This document shows, piece after piece, positions 1-8,848 of a stretch of DNA of 33,958 nucleotides. Positions within the stretch are counted from its first letter, which is position 1. Each line of letters begins with the position of its first letter. The position numbers and the translations under genes are program-made. Origin of the DNA: Myxococcales bacterium. GTDB taxonomy: Bacteria; Myxococcota_A; UBA9042. The notes under the pieces are model-generated. The model made no database searches, was not told the origin of the DNA, and saw only the letters and a program-made list of their open reading frames with translations. The stretch lies in NCBI GenBank assembly GCA_037441385.1, contig JBBISH010000069.1, positions 1-33,958 of the forward strand, written 5' to 3'.

Positions 1-2
1 AC

Positions 3-212
3 CCGGACAACGACAAGGACGGCATTCTGGACGCCAAGGACAAGTGCCCCAACCAGGCCGAGACCAAGAACGGCTATCAGGACGAAGACGGCTGCCCCGA
101 CGAAGTCCCGGATCAGGACAAAGACGGCATCGCCGACGCCGCGGACAAGTGCCCGGACAAGGCCGAGACCAAGAACGGCTACCAGGACGAAGACGGCTGT
201 CCCGACGAGCTG
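3..212 (+). repeat. Two 105-bp (35-aa) intragenic tandem units encoding TSP3-like Ca-binding repeats
   Basis: gacaagtgccc...gccgagaccaagaacggcta(t/c)caggacgaagacggctg(c/t)cccgacga starts at 39 and again at 144. Confidence 0.85.
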
Positions 213-566
213 CCGGCGGCGCTGAAGAAGTTCACGGGTGCCATCGCGGGCATCGAGTTCGAGACGGGCTCGGCCAAGATCGCCGCCAAGAGCTTCAAGG
301 TGCTCGACGCGGCCATCAAGGTCCTGACGGAATTCAAGGATACGCGCGTCGAAATTTCGGGTCACACCGACAACGTCGGCGACGCCGATTCGAACAAGAA
401 GCTGAGCTTGGCGCGGGCCGAGTCGGTTAAGGCGTACTTCATCGAGAAGGGCATCGCCGCCAGCCGCATCGAGGCCGTGGGCCACGGTCAGGACAAGCCG
501 GTGGCCGACAACAAGACCAAGAAGGGTCAGGCCAAGAACCGCCGCATCGAGTTCAAGCTCCTGTAG
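3..566 (+). CDS. OmpA/MotB C-terminal peptidoglycan-binding protein with thrombospondin type-3 (DxDxDG) repeats, 5'-truncated by the window edge
   Basis: The frame is open from base 3 (PDNDKDGILDAKDKCPNQAETKNGYQDEDGCPD, twice). It continues into OmpA_C motifs IEFETGSA, EISGHTD, NKKLSLARAESV and NRRIEF. The ORF track shows only 300..566. Confidence 0.92.
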   Translation, partial: PDNDKDGILDAKDKCPNQAETKNGYQDEDGCPDEVPDQDKDGIADAADKCPDKAETKNGYQDEDGCPDELPAALKKFTGAIAGIEFETGSAKIAAKSFKVLDAAIKVLTEFKDTRVEISGHTDNVGDADSNKKLSLARAESVKAYFIEKGIAASRIEAVGHGQDKPVADNKTKKGQAKNRRIEFKLL

Positions 567-583
567 CAGCGGTCTGGTGAGTT

Positions 584-636
584 GTCCTGCGGGCGTCGGT
601 CTTGCCGTAAAGGTGGCCGACGCCCGCGGGCTTTTT
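584..636 (+). terminator. Rho-independent terminator after the OmpA gene
   Basis: GCGGGCGTCGGTC (589-601) pairs with GGCCGACGCCCGC (615-627) with one G-U pair, followed by TTTTT at 632-636. Confidence 0.75.
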
Positions 637-665
637 GGCGATGGGGGCCCTGGGAGGGCAAGGCA

Positions 666-2855
666 ATGAGCAAGTGGCAACCGCGCACATGGGTTTGGCT
701 GGCCGCGTGGGGCCTGAGCGTCGCCCTGCCCGCCTGTTCGGACCCGGCGCCGCCGAGCCCGGCGGTGGATGCCCACGGTGGGGACGCGGCGGTGGCGTTG
801 CCCGAAGGCGCCAGTCAGGACTGCCAACCCCTGGTGGGTACGGAGTGTTTGTCGGTGGTGCCCAGCTTCTTTTGGAGCAAGCTGGACCCCCAGTCGCCTA
901 CTGGCGCGCGCATCGATCTGCCGGCGGTCGCCATGCCCAAGTCGCAAGCCGGCGTGGCCCTGGACCCGGCCGAGTGGAACCGGCGCGACGGCTTCTCGAA
1001 TGCGATGCCCACGGTGATCCTGCTGCCCTCGCCGCCGGATCCCAGCAAGCTGGCGGACGAGGCGCACAGTGAGCGCAGCCTGGCTGCGGATTCGCCGACC
1101 TGGATGCTGGACCTGACGACCGGGCAGCGCATGCGGCACATCGCCGAGCTGGACCTGAACGCCAAAGATCCCAAGCGCCAGGCGCTGATCCTGCGCCCGT
1201 GGACGGTGCCGCCGGCTGGTCACTTGATCGGGGTGGCGTTGACCACGTACCTGGTTGACAAGGCCGGCCAGCCCTATCCGCGCAGCAAGGCCATGCAGGC
1301 GCTGTTCGATGTAAAACCAACCGGTTACACGCGGATCGACAGCCAGGCCAAGGACTGGATGGCAACTTCGCTGGCCTTCAGCAAGGCCGGCCTGAAAGTG
1401 CCTGCGATGACAGCTGTTTGGCACTATCAAACTGCCAGCGCAGCTTGGACAACGGGCGTGCTGGAGCAAATGCGCACGGCTACAATGGCGCAGACCAGCC
1501 CAAAGCCGCTCGGAATCACCTTGGATTCCGCCGAAATTGACCCCAAGTACGCCGAGCGGCTGCCGCTGCTGTCGCCATCGCTGTCGTCGGTCAAAGTGAC
1601 GATCGCGCCGCTGCACCCCGATATTGCACTAAGAATCAAGGGGACTTACGAGGTGCCGCTGTTCTTGACGGGCACGGGGCCCGAGGCGCGGCTGAACTGG
1701 ACCGGCTCGGGCAACCAGGTTGCCCAGAATGGCAAGGCATGGCGCCCCTTTACCCTAATCGTGCCGCCCAACGCGCTCTTGGCCGAGTCGGCGCCGCGCC
1801 TGGGGCTGTATGGGCACGGGTTCTTGCGCGGGGCGTGCGTCGAGATGTGTCACGGCATTGGATCGGCGGAATTCGTGACCCATTTTGCTGCCGCGGCCGG
1901 GGTGGTGCTGGCGGGGACGGACTGGTGGGGCCTGGCTCAGACCGACCTGGGCACGGCGCTGGCGGTGGTCCAAGACTTCAACAAAGCGCCTCAATTGACA
2001 GAGAAGCTGGTGCAGGGGGCCCTGGGGCCGCTAGCCCTGTCGCGGGCCCTGCAGGGGATCCTTGCGGCCGATATGCGGCTACAGGTGCACACTGCGGCGG
2101 GCAAGGAACGGCCGCTGTTCGACGCCAAGGCCGATCTGGTCTACTACGGCAATTCGCTTGGCGGCATCATGGGGACCACGGCGGTGGCGGTGCATCCGGA
2201 CGTGAAGCGGGCCGTGATGAACGTGGCCGCGGGCGTCTGGTCGACGATGATGAACCGCTCGTCGAACTTCAATACGTTCTTGGAGTTGATGGGCCAGGCC
2301 CTGCCCGACCCGTTCCAGCAGCAGGTCGTCTTGGCGCTGCTGCAGAGCCACTGGGACTTGAGCGATCCCGTGCAGTTTGCCAGGCATGTGGTGGCCGAAC
2401 CGTTTGCGGGGAGCGTTGCCGGGCGCAAGGCCTTGTGGCCGGTGTCGTGGGGCGACAGCCAGGTGCCGAATCTGGGCTCGGGGACGCTGGCGCGGGCCTC
2501 GGGTGCGGCCGTGCTGACTCCGGCGGTCCTGGTGTGGCCGGGCGCGAGCCAGGAGCCGGCGCAACCCTTTGCCGGTGACCAGTCGGTGGTGCAGTGGGAC
2601 AGCCACCGCGGCAACCACCCGGCCGGCAACGCCCTGCCGTGGCCCGACAACGGTGCCCACTACGCCACGCGCTGGATGCCGGAGTTCCAGCAGATGGTCT
2701 ACCGCTTCTTGTGGGGCGACGGCAAGGTGGAGCAACGCTACTGCCTGGGGCGCGACAAGGACGGCAAGCTGCCGTGCGACTTGGAGCAGCCGATTCCGTC
2801 GACCCTGGCCGAGGAGCCGACCGCGGCCGTGCTGCCGCCGCCAGAGATTCCCTAG
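666..2855 (+). CDS. Secreted lipoprotein with alpha/beta-hydrolase fold (Pla-1/Cef-like extracellular lipase-type)
   Basis: ATG at 666 gives a signal peptide with lipobox LPAC. It has WNRRDGFS near the N-terminus, YGHG, the nucleophile elbow GNSLGG, candidate Asp in GDSQVPN and candidate His in GAHY. Confidence 0.7.
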   Translation: MSKWQPRTWVWLAAWGLSVALPACSDPAPPSPAVDAHGGDAAVALPEGASQDCQPLVGTECLSVVPSFFWSKLDPQSPTGARIDLPAVAMPKSQAGVALDPAEWNRRDGFSNAMPTVILLPSPPDPSKLADEAHSERSLAADSPTWMLDLTTGQRMRHIAELDLNAKDPKRQALILRPWTVPPAGHLIGVALTTYLVDKAGQPYPRSKAMQALFDVKPTGYTRIDSQAKDWMATSLAFSKAGLKVPAMTAVWHYQTASAAWTTGVLEQMRTATMAQTSPKPLGITLDSAEIDPKYAERLPLLSPSLSSVKVTIAPLHPDIALRIKGTYEVPLFLTGTGPEARLNWTGSGNQVAQNGKAWRPFTLIVPPNALLAESAPRLGLYGHGFLRGACVEMCHGIGSAEFVTHFAAAAGVVLAGTDWWGLAQTDLGTALAVVQDFNKAPQLTEKLVQGALGPLALSRALQGILAADMRLQVHTAAGKERPLFDAKADLVYYGNSLGGIMGTTAVAVHPDVKRAVMNVAAGVWSTMMNRSSNFNTFLELMGQALPDPFQQQVVLALLQSHWDLSDPVQFARHVVAEPFAGSVAGRKALWPVSWGDSQVPNLGSGTLARASGAAVLTPAVLVWPGASQEPAQPFAGDQSVVQWDSHRGNHPAGNALPWPDNGAHYATRWMPEFQQMVYRFLWGDGKVEQRYCLGRDKDGKLPCDLEQPIPSTLAEEPTAAVLPPPEIP

Positions 2856-2883
2856 CCCGCCACAACGGAGTATGCTGACAGGC

Positions 2884-3927
2884 ATGAAAACACCCACTCC
2901 GCGCCGTTTGGTCTCCGTCATCACCCTGCTGTTGGCCGGTCTGCTGGCCGTGGGCGCGGCCGAAAGCTGGGCCCGCTCGGGCGGCAGTTTTGGCGGTGGT
3001 TTCCGCTCGAGCAGCCGCAGTTCGTCCAGCTCGTCGTCGTCGCGTAGCTTTGGCTCGTCGTCGTCGCGCAGTTTTGGCTCGTCGTCGTCGTCTTCGTCGT
3101 CGGGGAGTTTTGGCAGCTCGTCGCCCAGCTACGGCGGCACCCGCTACGTGCCGGTGCCGGTGCCGGTGGGGGGCTATTCGCGGCCCTACTACGGTGGCTA
3201 TCGCAGCTACGGCAGCAGCGGCAGCTTCATGGGCGCGCTGACGGCCATCATCGTATTTGTCGTCATCATCATCATCATCTTGGTGTTGCGGTGGTTGTGG
3301 CTGCGCGGCAAGCGGGCTGTGGGCGACGCCGTGGCCGATCGCGCCGAGCGCTGCGACGTCACGCTGGTCCAGTTTGGTGTCCAGATGCTGGCGCGGCCGA
3401 TTCAGGACAAGCTGGAAAAGCTGGCCGACAAGATCGACGCCAGCAGCGAGGAGGGGCTGGCCTATGCGCTGCGCGTGCTGGGGCAAGAGCTCACGGCCCA
3501 TCAGGAAAATGTGGAGTACGTCGCGGTGCAGGTGCAGGCCAAACTCGGCCTGGCCAAGGCGCAAGACCAGTTCGAGCTCTGGGCGCAGAACGAGCGCGCC
3601 AAGTACAACCGCGAGGTGATCCGCGGGCAGGCCGGCGGTGCCCGTCGCCAGCAGAAGGAATGGCAGACCGACGGCATCCGCGACGAGGACGGGCAGCTCG
3701 CCGTGGCCGAGTACTTCGTGATTTCGCTGGTGCTCGCCTCGCGCAACTGGACGCCGCCTGCCTACATCAACGACAGCGCGGAGTTGGCGACCCTGCTGGA
3801 GCAGTTGTCCGGCTTCAAGACCGACAACTTGGTGGCGCTGGAAGTGGTCTGGTCCCCCGCTGCGCAGAGCGACGCGATGAGCCGCGACGACATGACCTCG
3901 CGGTATCCGGCGCTGCATACTGTGTAG
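2884..3927 (+). CDS. DUF1517 family membrane protein (FLAP1-like)
   Basis: Signal peptide, then ARSGGSFGGG, a Ser/Gly/Tyr-rich linker and one TM helix. It also has VQFGV, ERAKY and C-terminal LVALEVVWSP...D.MS.DDM...YP.L, typical of DUF1517. ATG 2872 is an alternative start. Confidence 0.8.
   Translation: MKTPTPRRLVSVITLLLAGLLAVGAAESWARSGGSFGGGFRSSSRSSSSSSSSRSFGSSSSRSFGSSSSSSSSGSFGSSSPSYGGTRYVPVPVPVGGYSRPYYGGYRSYGSSGSFMGALTAIIVFVVIIIIILVLRWLWLRGKRAVGDAVADRAERCDVTLVQFGVQMLARPIQDKLEKLADKIDASSEEGLAYALRVLGQELTAHQENVEYVAVQVQAKLGLAKAQDQFELWAQNERAKYNREVIRGQAGGARRQQKEWQTDGIRDEDGQLAVAEYFVISLVLASRNWTPPAYINDSAELATLLEQLSGFKTDNLVALEVVWSPAAQSDAMSRDDMTSRYPALHTV
3031..3114 (+). repeat. Intragenic tandem repeat (24-bp units, SSSSRSFG) with TCG runs
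   Basis: tcgtcgtcgtcgcg(t/c)ag(c/t)tttggc at 3031 and 3055, with a longer third unit at 3079-3114. Confidence 0.8.
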
Positions 3928-3981
3928 CCGGCGGTCGCAGCCAAACTGAGCCGATCCTCAGCAGAAATGTCGTCCTGAGCC

Positions 3982-5343
3982 CTACAAGCAAACGCCGGAC
4001 TGGCAGGTCAGATTCTCGCCGCAAACGGTGCCGTCGACCGCGTTGGCCTGAGTGCACAGGCCGGTGCCGGGGTCGCAAAGGTCCGTGGTGCAAGGGTTGT
4101 TGTCGTCGCAACTCTTGGTCGAGCCGATGCACTGGCCCAGCTCGCACTTGGCGTCGACGAGGCAGAGGTTGCTCGCGCCACAGGCGTCGCCGTCGGCCGC
4201 TGGCTGGTGTGCACACTCGCCGGTGGCCGGGACGCAGGCGTCGACCGTGCAGTCGTTGCCGTCGTCGCAAGTCTTGGCCACACCTGGCTGGCAGACGAAG
4301 CTGGCGCAGGTCTCGCCCGTGGTGCAGGCGTTGCCGTCGTCGCAGGGGGTGGGCGTGCTGGGCAGGCCGACATTGCACGCTCCGGTCAGCGGATCGCAGG
4401 TGTTGATCGTGCATGGGCTGCCGTCTTCGCAGTTCTTCGGCTTGCCACTGCAGGTGCCGTTGGCACAAGCGTCGGCCTGCGTGCAGGGCTTGCCGTCCGA
4501 GCAGGCCTTGCTGTTGGGCACGTTGGCGCACGTCCCGGCGGCGTCGCAGCCGTCGTCGGTGCACGGGTTGTCGTCGTTGCAGGACTTGCCCTTGCCGACG
4601 CACTGGCCGAACTTGCACACGTCGCCTTTGGTGCACGAGTCGCCGTCGTCGCAGGCCACCGCGGTCAGCGACTTGTACTGGCAGCCCAGCTTGGGGTCGC
4701 AGCTGTCGACCGTGCAGGTGTTGTTGTCGTCGCAGGGGCTGGGGTTGACCACGGCGCACTTGCCGGCTTGGCATGCGTGCAGGGTGCAGATGTCGTCGGT
4801 CTGGCAGGGCTTGTCCAAGTTGTTGAACACACAGCCGCTGGCGGGTGCGCACAGATCGATAGTGCACGGGTTGTCGTCGTTGCACGTCTTGGCCGTGCCG
4901 ACGCACTTGCCTTTGCTGCAGGTGTCTGCCTCGGTACAGGCGTTGCCGTCGTTGCAGGTCTGCGTGACGGTTACGGGCTTGATGTCGCACGTGCCCACGT
5001 CGCAGAACGCCGCGTAGCATTGAACTTTGGTGGCGGGACAGTCCGTGTCGACTTTGCAGGCCACCGCCGGCGCGGTGTCGACCTTGGTGTCGCTGCCGGT
5101 TTGATCGCCGGCCGTCTGATCCCCGCCAGACTGGTCGGCCGTGGTCTGGTCGGCCCCGCCATCGCCGCCGCCGTCGGCTGCCGTATTGCCCTCTGGCAAG
5201 GTGGGAGCCGAGCAACCGACACTGCCCAAGCTCAGGGCCAACAGGCTCAGTGCCAAGGTGTTGTACAACCAGAACGCAGACCTACGTTGCTGGGGCAGCG
5301 GGTCTGCATTGAGGATCCAAGGACGCGAGGGGAAGATCTTCAT
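3982..5343 (-). CDS. Cys-rich repeat surface lipoprotein (CDDxNxCTxDxC, Dictyostelium CTDC-like repeats)
   Basis: Hydrophobic stretch ending in lipobox SVGC and a DQT/DQS linker. It then has more than 12 C(N/D)D(G/N/D)N(A/P)CTxDxC units. The start is uncertain (ATG 5343; ORF from 5367). Confidence 0.8.
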   Translation of the reverse strand: MKIFPSRPWILNADPLPQQRRSAFWLYNTLALSLLALSLGSVGCSAPTLPEGNTAADGGGDGGADQTTADQSGGDQTAGDQTGSDTKVDTAPAVACKVDTDCPATKVQCYAAFCDVGTCDIKPVTVTQTCNDGNACTEADTCSKGKCVGTAKTCNDDNPCTIDLCAPASGCVFNNLDKPCQTDDICTLHACQAGKCAVVNPSPCDDNNTCTVDSCDPKLGCQYKSLTAVACDDGDSCTKGDVCKFGQCVGKGKSCNDDNPCTDDGCDAAGTCANVPNSKACSDGKPCTQADACANGTCSGKPKNCEDGSPCTINTCDPLTGACNVGLPSTPTPCDDGNACTTGETCASFVCQPGVAKTCDDGNDCTVDACVPATGECAHQPAADGDACGASNLCLVDAKCELGQCIGSTKSCDDNNPCTTDLCDPGTGLCTQANAVDGTVCGENLTCQSGVCL

Positions 5344-5644
5344 AGGTTGACGATAAGGCGGAACCACCGCGAAGTCGATAGCCGACTGCCGCGGCGGTCT
5401 TGGTCAGGGCCGATTTTGCGCGGCCAACTGCTCAGTCCGGCGCGGCAAATTTGCGAATTTCCCCAGCTGATCCTTACATTTCCTCACAGTCCAATCGGTC
5501 TTGGCGTGCCCTGCCCGGTCGCCCGATCGTCGTGGTTTTCTTTGGCTCTGGCCTGTGTTCCACTTGCAGCGACCCGCGTCGTGCGCGGCGAGCAGTCGCA
5601 TGAATTCCGCAACCGTTGTGTCGCTTCGCCCACATAGGGGCGGC

Positions 5645-6622
5645 ATGGGCCGCTGGCGCGGCCTGGTCCTCGCACTGGGGCTGACTGCCCTTGTGTGTGG
5701 CGGCCCACGGCCGGCCCTGGCGCAAAGCAAGGGCGAGTGGTGGCAGCCGTCGATGCTCGTCGACTACGGGGTGATCGCCGCGGGTGGTGCAACCCTTGGC
5801 ATTCTCTCGCAGATTGCGCCGGCGCCGGGCTCCGGAATTGGCCCGAGTTTCGACGCCAAGAACCCGTCGGCCATCTTGGATTCTCGCTACTCAAGTAGCA
5901 TTGGCCGCCCCTTTTTGTACGAGAACACAGGCGAGACCGTGCCCGCCCGCGTCGTCGGCGTCGCGATCGTGCCAGTGGCGGCGTGGCTGGTGGCGCAGGA
6001 AGCCTTTGGCCACGAGCGCCTGGGCGACGTTCGCGGCCTGCGCGTCCACGAAGTGGGCGTGGGCCTTGCCGAAACGCTCGCCCTGTCGCTAACGGTGACG
6101 AATGTGCTGAAGTTCTCGTTCGGCCGGCTGCGGCCCGATTTCCAAGACCGCGTGCGGCGTTTCTACTGCAACCAACCGGATCATCAAGGCGTGGCGTGTA
6201 CCGGCAATGAGCAGCCGTTGGACCCGGACCCCAGCAAGTGGCAAGGCCTGCTCGACGATGGCCGCCGTTCATTTCCAAGTGGCCACAGCTCCACAAGTTT
6301 TGCCCTAGCGACCTACGCCGTACTGGCCACGGGTGGCCGCTGGGTCTGGAGCCCAGACGCCACAGCCAGCAGCCGCGCCTGGGGCATCGGCGGTCAGCTT
6401 TCGGCTTTGGCTCTGGCCAGTTACGTGGCCTGGACGCGCGTGCGCGACGGACGTCACAACCTGAGCGACGTGCTGTCCGGGGCCGCGATCGGCACGGCCA
6501 TGGCGAACCTGGCGTATTGGCGGCGTTTTGACAGCGACGGCACCACCCGGCGTCGGCCGATGGACGTGGGCGCGTCGTTCGATACGACCAGTGCGTCGCT
6601 CAGCTTCAGCGTGGGCTGGTAG
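5645..6622 (+). CDS. PAP2-family lipid phosphate phosphatase
   Basis: C1 KFSFGRLRP, C2 SFPSGHS and C3 TRVRDGRHNLSD, with TM helices. ATG 5645 follows AGGGG and begins a signal-peptide-like segment. Confidence 0.88.
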   Translation: MGRWRGLVLALGLTALVCGGPRPALAQSKGEWWQPSMLVDYGVIAAGGATLGILSQIAPAPGSGIGPSFDAKNPSAILDSRYSSSIGRPFLYENTGETVPARVVGVAIVPVAAWLVAQEAFGHERLGDVRGLRVHEVGVGLAETLALSLTVTNVLKFSFGRLRPDFQDRVRRFYCNQPDHQGVACTGNEQPLDPDPSKWQGLLDDGRRSFPSGHSSTSFALATYAVLATGGRWVWSPDATASSRAWGIGGQLSALALASYVAWTRVRDGRHNLSDVLSGAAIGTAMANLAYWRRFDSDGTTRRRPMDVGASFDTTSASLSFSVGW

Positions 6623-6907
6623 TCCGGACTCTCGCTCGGTTCTATACATGCTGACGGAGATCGAACATCACCGTTATTTCGTCGCCGCGCGTCGGCCGAA
6701 TAGGACGCGCGCTTGGCGACCCACCCAGCACGCAGCCAAACCGATGACGTTAGACATCGGTCAGGCTGTATAGTTTGGGCTGGCACGTTACCGCTGGGAA
6801 GCGCTATGCTTACGGCCGTCCGCAGCTTGCCTTGCCGAGCATGGTGTTCGCTCGCTGCGGCGCGACGGTGGTCGCCTGCGCCCATGTCCGGCGCCTGACG
6901 GGCCGCG

Positions 6908-6929
6908 TGCTCTAGAATTTGCTCTAGAA
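6908..6929. repeat. Direct repeat TGCTCTAGAA x2 (12-bp period) just upstream of the DUF2330 gene RBS
   Basis: Copies at 6908-6917 and 6920-6929, each containing the palindrome TCTAGA. GGAGG RBS at 6936-6940. Confidence 0.55.
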
Positions 6930-6945
6930 GTTTCCGGAGGTTTCG

Positions 6946-8793
6946 ATGTTCAAGCGCAGCTTGTTCGCAGGCCTGAGCGCCCTGGCCCTGACCTTGGGTG
7001 CCGTGACGGCCGCCCCGGCGTGGGCTTGTGGCGGTTTCTTCTGCTTCACCCAACCCGTTGACCAGAGCGCCGAGCGAATCCTGTACGTGCACGAGAACGG
7101 CAAAATCACGCTGCACGTGCAGATCTCGTACAAGGGCGACGATCAGAACTTCAGCTGGGTGCTGCCGCTGACCAAGGAACCGGTCAAGACGGTCGAGGGC
7201 AAGCACCTGGCCGTCGGCTCGGACACTATCTTCCAGCTGCTGGAGCAGTCCACCTCGCCCACGTTCTATTTGAACTGGAAGAACGGCGCCAACTGCTTTG
7301 GCCCGCAGTGCTATCTAGAGGACGCCGCCTCGGGCGGGACTGGTGGCGGCAAGGGCAACGGCGTGGAAGTGCTGGCCCAGGACTCGGTTGGCCCCTACGA
7401 CTACGCCCTATTGCAGGGCACGTCGGGCGCCGACATCGTCAACTGGTTGAACGACAACAAGTTTGTTCAGCCCAAGTCGACGGTACCCCTCATTCAAAGC
7501 TATGCGCAAAAGTCGTACGTCTTCTTGGCCCTGAAGCTGAAGAAAGACAACAATGCCGGCGACTTGGTGCCCGTCACCGTGACAGTGGCCGAAGACGCAC
7601 CGTGTCTGCCGATTCGCCTGACGGCGCTCGCCACCCAGCCCGACATGCCGATCGTCGCGTGGGTTTTGGACAAGGCGCGGGCGATCCCCAAGAACTACCT
7701 GCATGTCGAACTGAACGAAGCGGCCGTGGATTGGCTGACCGGCGGCGGCAACTACAAGTCGGTGGTGAGCAAGGCGGTGGACCAGGGATCGGGCCACGCG
7801 TTCCTGACCGAAATGGCCAAGAAGACCAGCAACTTGCCGATCCAGTTTGCCAGCCCCAGCTGGGATATCAGCAAGTTCGACGGCATCACCGACCCGGCCA
7901 AGTTCCTGGCCAAGATGTTCGAGATGCAGCTGCCGCGCACCACGCAGATGCAGAATCTGATCAAGAAATACATCAAGAAACCTGACACCTTCAAGGATGT
8001 ACCGGACAGTGAATTCTACAATTGCATCCAAAACGCTGGATCTGGATTCAGCAATGCGGAATGCAAGAAGTACGTCGACGCCGCCGCGGCCGCAGGATTT
8101 GATAGCACGGCGCTTGCCAAGGACTTGAATGACTTGGTGATCAAGCCGCTGCAGACCCTGGACGCCCAGTACAAGGCGTCGGGCTGGTTGACCCGCCTCT
8201 ACACCACCCTGTCGGCCGAAGAGATGACCAAGGACCCGATCTTTGCCGTCAACCCGGACCTGCCCGAAGTGAGCCAGCAGCACAGCGCCGATGCGGAGCC
8301 GATCTGCGAAGCTGGCAAGACCCAGGCGAGCCAAGTGAAAATCACTTTCAAGGACGGCTTCGTCCTGACGCTGCCCGTCGACCCCAACGCCCAGAACAAC
8401 TGCGGCTACTTTGGCGGCCCGGTGAACCTGCAGACCAGCGCGACCAACACGGTGGCGGGCGGCGGTCAGCCCCTGGGCAAGCTGCAGGTCTTGGACGAAA
8501 GCGGGGCCCCGATCCCGATCGATCAGTCGGTCGCGGATCAGGTGGATGCCGAGCTGAACAACGCCGTGGTGGGCAAGCCCAGCCTCAGCCAGGTGTTTGT
8601 CGCCAAGCTGCCCAAGGTGTCGTGGAATCCGCACACCAGCAAGCCCACGACCGCGACGACGACGGCCACCTCCAGCACGTCGTCCGATGGCGGCTGCAGT
8701 GCGGCTCCCAACGGCTCGCTGGCGGGCCTGGCCGGGTTGTTGCTGGGCGTGTTGGCGCTGGCCGGTTTGATCCGCGCCCGCAAGCCCGAATAG
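6946..8793 (+). CDS. DUF2330 family protein with C-terminal MYXO-CTERM sorting signal
   Basis: Signal peptide then ACGGFFC..PVDQSAERI, FSWVLP, VGPYD, WLNDN and LPIRLT. A Thr/Ser linker leads to GGCSAAP, a TM helix and basic tail RARK. Strong GGAGG RBS. Confidence 0.85.
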   Translation: MFKRSLFAGLSALALTLGAVTAAPAWACGGFFCFTQPVDQSAERILYVHENGKITLHVQISYKGDDQNFSWVLPLTKEPVKTVEGKHLAVGSDTIFQLLEQSTSPTFYLNWKNGANCFGPQCYLEDAASGGTGGGKGNGVEVLAQDSVGPYDYALLQGTSGADIVNWLNDNKFVQPKSTVPLIQSYAQKSYVFLALKLKKDNNAGDLVPVTVTVAEDAPCLPIRLTALATQPDMPIVAWVLDKARAIPKNYLHVELNEAAVDWLTGGGNYKSVVSKAVDQGSGHAFLTEMAKKTSNLPIQFASPSWDISKFDGITDPAKFLAKMFEMQLPRTTQMQNLIKKYIKKPDTFKDVPDSEFYNCIQNAGSGFSNAECKKYVDAAAAAGFDSTALAKDLNDLVIKPLQTLDAQYKASGWLTRLYTTLSAEEMTKDPIFAVNPDLPEVSQQHSADAEPICEAGKTQASQVKITFKDGFVLTLPVDPNAQNNCGYFGGPVNLQTSATNTVAGGGQPLGKLQVLDESGAPIPIDQSVADQVDAELNNAVVGKPSLSQVFVAKLPKVSWNPHTSKPTTATTTATSSTSSDGGCSAAPNGSLAGLAGLLLGVLALAGLIRARKPE

Positions 8794-8848
8794 GACTCGA
8801 TCGGTCGCCGCGCCGCCGTCTCTTCCCTGCATTCCAGAGCAAAGCATC

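Noticed and set aside
6648..6773. Possible 41-aa small ORF (MLTEIEHHRYF...)
   Set aside because: No RBS, no motif and no other support.
6781..6795. Sigma-54-like TGGCACG upstream of the DUF2330 gene
   Set aside because: The GG-to-GC spacing is 9 nt rather than the required 10.
8791..8802. TAGGACTCGATC, also present at 33360-33371
   Set aside because: A single 12-mer match is expected by chance in 34 kb.
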